Source: a virus. From it: a stretch of DNA of 64,000 bases. The position numbers and the translations under genes are program-made. Below, piece by piece: positions 48,989 to 59,826 of the stretch. The stretch lies in IMG/VR virus record IMGVR_UViG_3300029258_001887. One strand, written 5' to 3'. How positions within the stretch are numbered: the first letter of the stretch is position 1; each line of letters opens with the position of its first letter. A model generated the notes under the pieces. It searched no databases. It was not told where the DNA came from and was given only the letters and a program-made list of their open reading frames with translations.

Positions 48989-49615
48989 TCACTTGCTCAC
49001 TTTCATAGGACGCGGTGCCATGCGCCACCCGCACAATAGACAGGGATCGTAGTCTGGTAACCGCAACGGTGCTTTCGGCAACTTGAAATGACGGACCACG
49101 ATTTCAACGATGCGATCGATCTGATCGCACATCTCTTGGTCCAGGTAGTCTGGCGAGACACAAAAGACAGCAGCAGTGATCGGCGTTTTCAACTCCGACA
49201 GACGATGTTTGCCACGAACGGAATGTACTATACCTCTGTCGGACAACCATGTTTCTGCTTCCGGCCAATCGCAGAATTCGCCATGCCCGTGATGGACCCA
49301 TGTATACCGACGATACCACTCTGGCGGGATTCGATATCCCCAGACGCCACAGTTGACTTCGGCCCCATCCGGGTCATATGGAGCACAATTGACATAGTAG
49401 TCGTGGTGCTCATCAATGTTGACGAGATTGAACGGGACAGGGACGGTGCCATTTCTTACCCATCTACGCAGTTGCCCGAGAAATTCGTGGTGTTCGACTG
49501 TCATGATAGTAGGGGTCTTGCGTGGAATGTGCTTGAGCAACCCACGAATCTTGCTGGCAGGATCGTCCGAGCCATTGAGCCAATCGAGATCGACACTTAC
49601 GACTGTACCTTTCAT
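48989..49615 (-). CDS. UPF0489/arginase-deacetylase-like protein
   Basis: SVDLD, EHH, NIDEHHD, SPDY. Confidence 0.55.
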   Translation of the reverse strand: MKGTVVSVDLDWLNGSDDPASKIRGLLKHIPRKTPTIMTVEHHEFLGQLRRWVRNGTVPVPFNLVNIDEHHDYYVNCAPYDPDGAEVNCGVWGYRIPPEWYRRYTWVHHGHGEFCDWPEAETWLSDRGIVHSVRGKHRLSELKTPITAAVFCVSPDYLDQEMCDQIDRIVEIVVRHFKLPKAPLRLPDYDPCLLCGWRMAPRPMKVSK

Positions 49616-50097
49616 GCCACCACCCCCTCTTTGCGAAGTTGTTCCACTTCGAGAATGTCATCCATCAAAGGCGTTAGCGGAATTCCTTCGTATTGATCCC
49701 AGCTACCAAATTCAGTAAAGTTTTGGTACAGGACAATCCCCACACACTGCGTGTTGTTGTAGACTGCCTCGACAGCGTTGCGGATATTTCTGACTGTATC
49801 GCCAGACGAGATAAGGTCATCGACAATAACGTATCTGCCGAGTTGTTTGTCTGACGACTCTATCCGTCTTTGGGAATGACTTCCGCCATCCATATACGAA
49901 CTTTCCGCATCCCACAGCTTACGAACGATGGCGAAAGGAATACCAGTCCGCATTGACACAGCCATCAGGACTACTGCGCCACTGATTCCTGTACCGACTA
50001 AGCATTCAGGACGATCGAACTTGGGGTCGTTCAGCGCATGACAGATTGCATCGACAGTCGCTTCCGGCGACTGGAATGCATTGCTGAAATAGCACAT
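49612..50097 (-). CDS. Type I phosphoribosyltransferase
   Basis: G..SG, VRK, VIVDDLISSGDT PRPP loop. Confidence 0.85.
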   Translation of the reverse strand: MCYFSNAFQSPEATVDAICHALNDPKFDRPECLVGTGISGAVVLMAVSMRTGIPFAIVRKLWDAESSYMDGGSHSQRRIESSDKQLGRYVIVDDLISSGDTVRNIRNAVEAVYNNTQCVGIVLYQNFTEFGSWDQYEGIPLTPLMDDILEVEQLRKEGVVA

Positions 50098-50283
50098 GGT
50101 TTATCCCCTTTTATTGACCGCACTTTTCTCCAAAAAAGGTATCGAGCAGGTCGTTGAGCGACTGCGTTTCATGCTCGCCCATTTGGCGATCTGACTGGTT
50201 CTCATACATCTCCCTGACCGCCAGAGTCATTTCTTGTAACATCGCATCGTACTGGCCGGAATCCATAAGACCCCCTTTCTAAA

Positions 50284-50468
50284 GGTGTTTGGGAACAGAC
50301 TGGGCACCGAGTGCGGCGTCACTATGATTACTCACCTTCGCTCCGTGCGCACGGATTGACAGGTCGAGCCTTTCCCGCCGTGAGTCCACGATTAACCGCG
50401 CGGTGGCGACGGGCATTTTCCCCCCAGTCTTTTCAGAGTGGCTAACTCCCAGTCCGTTGCCAAACACC
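50284..50468 (-). ncRNA. ~185-nt structured RNA candidate
   Basis: 21-bp closing stem plus internal helices in an intergenic gap. Confidence 0.5.
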
Positions 50469-53400
50469 CTTCTACCGAAGAGGTACTGTGGTCCGACTTT
50501 GGTCCAAACCACACACCATGTCCTGACCACATTCTTCGCACTCTGTCACAGTGATCGGCCACGCCGAGCATTGATCCAGTGTTTTAACGTGACCACACGG
50601 ACACTGGTACTTTGCCCGAAACGCAGTGTGTTCGCCACACCAACCGTAATTGGCTGTGCATGTGTGCAGTCCGACACGACGTTGACCTATCGGTTTCAGT
50701 TCGATTTTCATGGTCTAATCCTCGTACAAATCGAGTTCGGCGCGCAGGAAGACTGAATCGTTGTTGTCTGGGGTGAAGATTTCTTCTAACTCTCCATCCC
50801 GCACATTACAGCCGATGTCTCCTAGCACCACGATTCTGTCCTGTGGAACCGCTGACAGTTTTTCTATCAGTTCTTTGACTGTCATTTAGTTTTCTCCATG
50901 CCTATTCGCAACTGATTCGACCGCGCACACAGTAATCGTGGACACGATCTATCACTTCCGTCTTGACTGTGAACTCGTAGGCATCATCCGGTAGTGGCTG
51001 GACAGAGAATGGAGTAGACAGCCATACCAGATAACCAGCGAGATTCTGTGCGCCAGCTTCCTTGGCGACGACAATGTGTTCAGTCAGCGAATCACCCCAG
51101 TCGCCATTGGCCAACTCAGTTATCAACTGTTTCGCGGCATCGTTGTCGCCTGCCCTGGCTTTTGCAGCAAGTTGTTTTAGGTGTTTATCCTGTCTTCTTG
51201 ACATCGTGTTTCTCCAGAAAGAGAGGGGTAGGGCGGTCCAAGCGGTCGTCGGCTGACAAGGCGATCAACCCTTGACCCGCGACTTTGCCCGCCCAAACCC
51301 CAAGACTAGGAATGTGGCTGGTGGTGTTTCATTGGCGTCTCCCGTCGTGAACCGCTGCCTCTTCGATCGGCGACTCATCCTGGCCGCAATCCAACCGACG
51401 ACCCACGGTCGCCCCCGACGATCCTCGACTCCCACCTACATACTACTGTAGCCACCATTTCGCACCGCTGCGCCAGCGATGCCCCAGTCTACTCACCATG
51501 AACATAGTCGATGGCGTCTACGATCTCAGGCAGACTACCCTCGAAGTGAAGCCCCACCATGCCACACTTCGGACAAACATCCATGTTGTCGTGATCTGGG
51601 TGGGGCACTGTTTTCGTACTACACTCTGGGCATACCATACAACGATCTCCATGGACTGGTTGACTTGATATCCTTTTCCCTGAAGCCCCAGTCGTCTCCC
51701 CCATGCAGGTAGTAGACTGGTTCGCCGTCGATGATTTCGACAAGGCCAATCTGGAAAACCATCCCAGGAGGCGCAGGGACACCAGCCTTATAGGCTTCGT
51801 CGGTCACGATATGAACCATGTCACCGACTTTGAACTTGGGTTTCATTGGCCGTCCCCCCAGAAAAACAGACACACCGTAAACTAGACTTCATCCATTTGG
51901 TTTTTTGCAGCCGCTTCACGCTTCCGCCGACGATGCAGGCGGTTGCCCTTACACCACTCGCAAGACCCGTGGTTCCTGCACGAACAGTCGAATGCCTTGG
52001 ATTTCCGGTACTTCTTCCGCTTTTCCTTCCCGTGCTCGATTCCCTTGTCCAGAGACATGACTGGCTCCATGCTACCGACGCGAATGCTTGGGGACATTCC
52101 CCGCGTGATGAGCACCCTCAAGGTGGTTCAGACCCCGGATGCGCTTCTGACAGACAGGACACCGCTGGCCGACCTTGACCACGATATCCTTCCCTTCGTC
52201 GTCCTGCCCGATGACGATCGGCTCGCCGTGGTGGACGTTACTGCCTTGCTGGCGATGGTGAGCCTGCTCCAGATGGACGCCGCGATCAGACAGTACCTGG
52301 TGCGGAACCGGACCCTTTTTGGTGTTCTTCTGCTTTTTCGCCATGACTTTCCCCTTTGGGTTGTAGGTGCCTATTCGTACAATGACGGATCGGCGACCCA
52401 ACTGATGAGCCGCAGACCCCGTTCCGTTCGCTGCGCGATGTCGTATGCCCCGCGCCTGCGCCTGACACAGAAGACTACAGCCTGGCGCATGGTGACCTGC
52501 TGACGGACAACCACGCCATCCCAAGTGACGACACAATACTTCCGTTCTGATTCGATGACCATCATCACATCCTCGGATCGATTTCCTCGTCGTCGTTCCC
52601 CGGACACCCGCCGCAGTCGCAATCGTCTTCGTTATCATCGTTCCATTGGCAGTCCTGACAGTGTTGGCACTCATCACAGCCACAGTTGAAGCCGTCGCAC
52701 TGGTGATGATCACCACACTCCTTCGGTTCATCCTGCTGGTGGACTTCCCACGTCAGACGACCCTTCGGAGTCTCCAGGATAGCCCGGTCGATTTCGACAC
52801 TGTGGATCATCCGGCCCATCAGTCTCAGCGCCGAATCTTCGGACTCGACTTCCTGCCTATCCGTGCCGTTGGCCCGAACGAATGCATTAGCATTGAAATT
52901 CGTACTCGTTTTGTTCCAGACGGTCAACACGTTCATGGTAGACACCCCCTTGTGTAGAAAACGTTTCCACGACTTCTTGTCGATCAGACGACCTGGAATA
53001 CTCGTCGCCCGTATGACGCGATATCATCCAGTTCGCGCGCATCGATCGACCCGTCAAAACATACGACCTGATACCTGACGAATGCCGCTAGGGCATCCAG
53101 TGTGACTGTGATCGGGGCGAACCCAGGCAGCGCACACCCGCTGAATATGCTGGTATCGACCCCGGACAGATCAGCGTCAGACCGTGCGATTTCGAGCGCT
53201 GTCGATAGTTCTTGCTTGGTCATGGTTTTCAACCATCCTCTATGACTGTGGTTGATCCAAACCACTCAGTTATTACTGCCGCATACGGCTCACTGGTATC
53301 ACGACCAGACTCAGGACCAATGTCGATGATCCTGATCCCATTGATTCTCATCGCATTAACGATGTCATCAATGGTGAGCCTAGACAGATCGATTCCGCAT

Positions 53401-53751
53401 GTTTCCATTGAGTTTTCCTTACTAATACCGAAGTCCCCACCGACCCCAGCCAAGCCCCACTTACGGACATTACGGCATCGGCACTGTGAAACTACCGATG
53501 CTATATCCAGTGACTTTCCCCCCTACAAGGGTCTTTCCTGTTATTCTACTCTCATCGCCCCATTCTGATTTTGTCTTCTTCGGCGAACAGTGAACGGCAG
53601 TTTGCCAGAACGACCCAGACTGCCCAGACAGACCAAACACAGACTGCTCCAGACAGCCACACCGCAGCCCAGCACGCAGCCACGAGCCGCCGTGCAAACC
53701 GCTTGACGGATTCATCGACCCCGACAGCCGGATCAGGTACAGTTTCCATTT

Positions 53752-54297
53752 TCATACCGCCCCCCTCGCTTTCCGTTCGAGACTGGCGATCATTTCCGCT
53801 CTGGCTTTGCGCTCTCTCCGCAGCATCCGGCGACGTGGTTGTTTCTTGATTCGAGCCAGTTCCTTCTGCGCCTTGACCACTTCCGGGTCACGTTGCGCCA
53901 TCTGGATTTCGGCAGACGAGACCAGACCACACCTGCCCCCATCGACCCGCCTTGGCCTACGGGTAGCCGTCGCGTTCGCCGACTTCCGCCGAACCAGCGT
54001 GTGGCGTTTCTTCTTGAATTGTCCGTCGAGCCCGACTTCCATCTGCACTTCAGACTGGCCCTTGCGCCGTGTCGTGAATCCCATCCGACCATCGCCGCAC
54101 TTGATCCTCTGCCAGTCTTCCCCGCCGAACCGCTTGCCGCCCTTGACCGGGACGCAGAACTCAGACCGGGCGAACCGATTACTCTCGGCCCACTGCCGCG
54201 CCTCCCCTTCGAGACGATTGTACCCGTACCCGTCCCCGCAGCTTGTAGCGCCGGGTTTTTCGCGTTTACAGCACCGACAAGGCTGTTTCTCGGACAT
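53752..54297 (-). CDS. Basic hypothetical protein
   Basis: ORF with GGGGG RBS. Confidence 0.5.
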   Translation of the reverse strand: MSEKQPCRCCKREKPGATSCGDGYGYNRLEGEARQWAESNRFARSEFCVPVKGGKRFGGEDWQRIKCGDGRMGFTTRRKGQSEVQMEVGLDGQFKKKRHTLVRRKSANATATRRPRRVDGGRCGLVSSAEIQMAQRDPEVVKAQKELARIKKQPRRRMLRRERKARAEMIASLERKARGAV

Positions 54298-54730
54298 TTT
54301 GTACCCCCTTTGTAGTACAAGACGTTAGCTAGCGCCACCACACGACGATAGCCCACAAGATTCAAGGAATCAGGTACGCTTTTTGTATCTAGCGCCACCC
54401 TCACCCACTCTGCCCCACGCGCCACCACCAACCCCCACCGACCAGTGCAGAATCGTATATAGGAACACACACAGGCCAAACTAGACTAGGATCGCTCTTG
54501 ACTTTGCAGTGCTTCGCAACCCCGTTTTTGACCCTGTGAGCCCCGATTTTGCGCCAGTCAGCTATCATGCCCCCACTAACAAGAACACCAAGCCCCACGC
54601 AAGCCTGAGCGAGCCAGCGTTTCTTGAAGCTCGATTTTGTACCTGCATCAGAGGCACACCAAGACTACCCCGAAAAACCCCGGAAAGTCTCAAAAAAACC
54701 CCGGATAGTTTCTCAGGACAAGGTGTAGTT

Positions 54731-55471
54731 TGAAAGGGTCGATAACAGCGCCAGCAGCGCAGCAAGAAATCCCTGACGAGAACGCACAGTCGATGCCGTA
54801 GAGGCTTGGACCTATGCGCCCATCAGGGACTTTTTGCCACGCTGCCAGACCGTAATCTGACAACGTGACTTTATGACTCACGCCCCGGTGAATTCTCGCT
54901 GGCAATTCATGACTCCGGGACGGTCTCGTTGGAGTCTTGTTTTAACGACTGATCGAGTCGAGACTGCCGCGCCAGTGCGGTGGTTCAGTTTATTCAACCC
55001 GTCCGTCGTGTCGTGTCGTTCGGCTACATCAGAATCGGGCAGACGCTATCACACAGCGCGCCACGAGACTGAGCCATTCCAACAAACCTAGAACCGCGCC
55101 ACTATCCAACCCGCCGACCCTCGCGCCCTCAGCAGGGACGTTTCAGACCTTTGCGAAAGAAATCGTTGTGACGAAATTTACAGGGTTTGTTATTGGAAAT
55201 GCCTATCCCACGACAATGTTTGAAGCCTACACCAGACGTTACGGCGGATTCCCATGACGGACCGTAGAATAGTCAACACGACTTGTCCTTTTGCGTCTTG
55301 CTGCCCCAATGCTGAATCGGAGCCCATTGCCAGACGTACAAGGAATCGTGCAGACGATTCGCCACTTATCCCGCCCACGCCATGACGGCGCAGACCGAGC
55401 CCGCATTTCGGACTCTGCGTTTTGCCGCTGCTCAGGACTGGCGTTCGACCGATAACCGTTGACCCTTTTCA
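54731..55471 (-). ncRNA. Large structured ncRNA candidate (~740 nt)
   Basis: End-to-end pairing, long G-U-containing hairpins, no credible ORF. Confidence 0.5.
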
Positions 55472-55736
55472 GACCCGGAGCGCACGTCCTGCGCGCCTGA
55501 CAGACCCTACCGAGGCGACTATCGGACTACTACCCAACCCCTTCCGGGAATACCCGACGCTTATCGGACCCCCCGCTGTGGTTGGTTATGGGAACCGCTG
55601 ACCCTAGATGGTGGGCCTATAACGACAGGGTGCTACCCTGACAAGCGATTCAATCCAGACTTTAAGCCTGAATGCCCATCGGTCCACGCCCCCAGCGCTC
55701 GACTAGGGGCGCGGTGCGGCAGGCACTCCGCAGAGA

Positions 55737-56048
55737 CTACTTGCCCAGTGCGCTGAACGCCTTGCGAGTAGCGCCGACGCTGTTCCGGCGACCGAGCAGA
55801 CTCTCGGCAATCACCGCAGCATTATCGGAGCCGAACCCGAGACTCTTATCGGGCGTGTACCCCGCGCCTTCCTCGATCTGACGCTCCAAGACTTCCCACG
55901 CTTCCGTGAGCGCGGCGATGGCGTCGTCGAGACTGTCGTACCCGGACGCGGCATCGACGATGCGCTTCGCGCCACGGTAGACGGCAGCGTTGGCCAGAAA
56001 AGTATCGGACCCAAACTCGACCTGCGTTCCGGTGGCATTATCGGACAT
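55737..56048 (-). CDS. Hypothetical protein
   Basis: GGGAG RBS; downstream of a sigma70-type promoter. Confidence 0.6.
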   Translation of the reverse strand: MSDNATGTQVEFGSDTFLANAAVYRGAKRIVDAASGYDSLDDAIAALTEAWEVLERQIEEGAGYTPDKSLGFGSDNAAVIAESLLGRRNSVGATRKAFSALGK

Positions 56049-56274
56049 CTTACGTCTCCCTACAGGTGACGCCCGTCCCATTATGCCCAGACTACCCCGT
56101 CCAGACTATAGGACGGGCAAGTAGTGAACCAGACACAGAACAGTTATTCGGACCTACATTGCACAGGCCACTTATTATCGGCGGTTCTGATAACCGCGTC
56201 GGGTTGCGTCCGAAAACACGCGCCGGACCCCAACGTCCGTTTTCGTGTTCTCGTTTTCTTTAATCTTACATTAT

Positions 56275-56303
56275 ACTATACCCCTAGTTATACAAAAGGT
56301 CAA
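56275..56303 (-). promoter_or_regulatory. Sigma70-type promoter
   Basis: TTGACC-N17-TATAGT. Confidence 0.7.
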
Positions 56304-57442
56304 TGCGAGATCCGTTTTTTTTCATCGGCGTTTTTGGGCTTCAATCCACGATCTTATCGCACTTCGACCGATAATATCGAATTATAACAACGTCCGCTTT
56401 CGTGTGTCCGATAATACCGACCTTTTTGAGCTAGTCCGAGAAAACCCCGTTTTTATACGCCCAGAAGGTCGATTTTCCCGGACCTTCCGATAAAACAGCT
56501 TACGCTAGTCCTATAACTCGGCCACTTCGTCCGATAAAACCGGCCTGGAGCGGAAAACCGCGATATTATCTACCCTTTCCGATAATCTGCACGTCCGAAT
56601 GTGCAAAACCGCCCGCAGATACAAGAAAACGTGGACATTATCACACACACCAAACTAGTTCCCGGACAGAACCGATAAAACGCCCGGCGCAAAGTCCGAT
56701 AAATTACTGGGTCCGCTCCTTGGTCCGATAACCTTTGCCCGACGCAAAAGGGTCCGATAACGTCCCGATATGCAAACGTCCTATAACTTCATTCTGGCTG
56801 TAGTCCGATAACTCGTGCTTGCGCTATAGTCCCATAATATAGCGCTATGGACCTATAACCTTTCACGGGCCAACGTCCGATAACATAGCGCGGTCGGCCT
56901 ATGTCCGATAACTCCGAGGCATCGGTTGTTCGTCCGATAATGTCACGTTTTTTCGCAAAAAAACTCACATTCGATATTCTAGGCCACGTCCTAGAATATC
57001 ATGCACACGAGCACACAGGGTAAATGATTCCTGGTCAGGTCCGATAAAAGCTCACGGCGGAACGTCCGATAATTCGGAACGTCCCAGCGAGCCCCAAGGT
57101 CCGATATCACGTCGTGGTCCGAATAAGATGCGGAGTATGCCACGTCCGAGAACCACTAACCATGCGTTGAAATCCTAGTTCAATTATTCTAGGGTCCGAT
57201 AGCTCGTCGTCGCCAGCCGTAAGGTCCGATATGATGCCGAGGGCCTCTTGGTCCGATAGCTCGTCGTTGTCCAGTCTTACTGCAATGTACCTTGCCATGT
57301 TATCGCCCCTACCACATTGCCAAGGTTATCAGAACCATGTAAAGTACCGTTTTAATCCAGAATCGTGTCTCACGTCCCATAATTCGGTCCTCCCCAGAGC
57401 GAGGTAGGGTCCGAAAACCCTACCCCGCCCAACGTCCGAGAA

Positions 57443-57817
57443 CTACATGCCAGCGTTTCCGCACGCATCGTGCGCAGTTATCGGGCGAGCCGAAGCATTA
57501 TCGGCCACTAGGCGCTCGTCGAATCGGCCTACGTTATCGGCCTCGTCCACGTCCGAGAACATGAGCTTGCCGATATACCCATAATTGTTGCCCAGATTGC
57601 GTTCCAGTGCTGCTTTAGCTCGTTTCTTGGTGGTCCCAAAACCACACGCGCCGTAGGTCCGAGAATGAAACGGACCAACCACTTCCGCCCGATAACCGTG
57701 GGCGCACTTAACGTACCAGTATTGGACCGTCCGCTTTCGGGACAGTTTATACTGGATTGCTTCGTCCGATAGTGCCACACGACCCGTCTGCCCGATAACT
57801 TTCTGCTTGGTTGTCAT
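57443..57817 (-). CDS. Hypothetical protein
   Basis: GGAG RBS; promoter upstream. Confidence 0.6.
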   Translation of the reverse strand: MTTKQKVIGQTGRVALSDEAIQYKLSRKRTVQYWYVKCAHGYRAEVVGPFHSRTYGACGFGTTKKRAKAALERNLGNNYGYIGKLMFSDVDEADNVGRFDERLVADNASARPITAHDACGNAGM

Positions 57818-57863
57818 CGTAAATCTCCAAGGTCCGAAAAAGTATCGTTTTCCCTTACACTAT

Positions 57864-57891
57864 ATTATAGCATATACCAGCAGGATGTCAA
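57864..57891 (-). promoter_or_regulatory. Sigma70-type promoter
   Basis: TTGACA-N16-TATAAT. Confidence 0.75.
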
Positions 57892-58248
57892 GCCCGATAA
57901 CGAGTTTTTTTCTGGTTTTCTTGCGTCCGATAATCTGCGCCGGATTCTCTCGCGCTGAGATTTCGTGGTCCGATAACGGAACCGGTCGAATACCGATCGG
58001 TTGGTCCCATAACGATTGCAGCACCAGAGCAGTAGTCCGATAACTCCGCACACAACGATGGGGCCGATAAACTCCCAGATGATTCCGATAACAAACGTCG
58101 CGCCGATGATGATTCCGATAACCGACAAGAACAGCTTTGTAAAGTATGAGTAAACTTCCCAGCCATCGGGTTTGGCCCGATAATTCTCATCGTTTTTCTT
58201 GGTGGCGATAACCATGTCGGAATAGTCCGGTATCAAATCAGGCCCCAT
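57865..58248 (-). CDS. Hypothetical membrane protein built partly from motif codons
   Basis: AAGGAGG RBS; VIG/IIG-rich TM segment; 3' end uncertain. Confidence 0.5.
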   Translation of the reverse strand: MGPDLIPDYSDMVIATKKNDENYRAKPDGWEVYSYFTKLFLSVIGIIIGATFVIGIIWEFIGPIVVCGVIGLLLWCCNRYGTNRSVFDRFRYRTTKSQRERIRRRLSDARKPEKNSLSGLTSCWYML

Positions 58249-58273
58249 AACGTCCTCCTTTCGTGTCCACTAT

Positions 58274-58302
58274 ATTATACCATGCAATCGCCCAGAAGTC
58301 CA
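58274..58302 (-). promoter_or_regulatory. Sigma70-type promoter
   Basis: TGGACT-N17-TATAAT with TG extended -10. Confidence 0.65.
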
Positions 58303-59797
58303 GGTCCGATAACGCCTTTTTTCGGAAAAATCTTTTGGTCCTATAATGTGCCCCGCTGCGATGCGCCACGCCCTATGATATTCCTGGCACCATCCGATAA
58401 TTCCATGCAAGAAAGCACACACACGAAACCATTATACGCCACGTCCTATAATCGCGCACGGCTCAACGTCCTATAATTCTGAACGTCCTACCGAGGCCAG
58501 GGTCCGATAACACACACCAAACTGCTTCTCACATTATCGGACCTTCGCGCACGGCCCAACGTCCTATAACTCCAGCAGGTCGTCGCCGGTCAACGTCCGA
58601 TAATCTTACAGGATCGGTCCTCCGATAACATTGTTTGCGTATTCCCGAAATCCACCCGCACGTCTGATAACGTCCATGTCAACGTCCGATACTGTCCATT
58701 CTATTGTACCGATGCAACATTCCGATAATGGTAGGTGATCCTGGGTATGGTCCGGTAACCGATTCCGCAGGATGCCGTCAATTATCGGTCGTTCCCATAA
58801 TGTTCCTGCTGCTTCCGCTATCACTTGAAATTCTTCTGGTCCGCTAACTCGGTATCTTGCCATGTTATCGCTCCCTTCAACGTCTGATAATCTGGTCGCG
58901 CGGTACCCATTGTCCGATATTGTCGGCCATATCGGCGTCCGTTTTGGTCCAATAAATCTGCCAGTATTCACATCGTCGGCCCGGTTTAGTACGTCCGGTA
59001 AGATACCCAACCAGCGTATCGTGTCCGATAAGCGTAACAAGTGTCCCTTTAATCGGCTCCATGTTATCGCTCCCTTCTCAGTGTTCCGATAACTACTTCA
59101 TTCCGTAGGGTATCGTATCCGATAACTTTCTCGGTTCCGTCCGATAGCGTAACAAACACGAACTCATGTTCGTCCGATAATAGCATCCCGAACAGTCTGC
59201 CGTAGGACATGGCGAGCGCGTCCGATAAGCCGTCTTCCCGTATCGCATCGGAGTTATCGGTCGCCGGAACTTCAAGTCTTGCTTTACCTAGCATGGTACG
59301 TCTCCTGATTATCGGGCAGAGCCCACAAGGTCCGATACTAGAATGTACTGCTCACAGGCCCGATAACTCGGCCAGTTTTCGGGCGGTCGAAAGGCCGATA
59401 TTCCCGGCAATTCACGAACAGGGTTATCGGTCACAGAAACGATCTCGGCTGATTCCGATAATTTCAGCCAGTCCACTAGGTCCGATACGTAAAGCGCGGG
59501 AACCACAGCGTACATTTTGTGCCGATAATCCGTAGTCCGATAGGTAACCAGCATCCACTTCATAGTTATCACCCCTTACAGGATACGTCCGTTATAGGAA
59601 CCTTTACACCGATTAAAGCTCAGCCTGATTCCGTTTATCGCACCTAGCACAGCGATTCCAGCCACAACGTACAGGCCGTTTATCGGATCATTCGATACCC
59701 AAGCCACAACGTCCGATACTGCGTTCTCGGCTGCTTGCTTCAAGGTCTGATAATCCATCGTGTTTTCCTTTCGTGTTATCGTTTCCCCTACATTCTA

Positions 59798-59826
59798 ATT
59801 GTAGGATACAATCGGCAAGAATGCAA
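59798..59826 (-). promoter_or_regulatory. Sigma70-type promoter
   Basis: TTGCAT-N17-TACAAT upstream of ORF 59576-59758. Confidence 0.55.
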
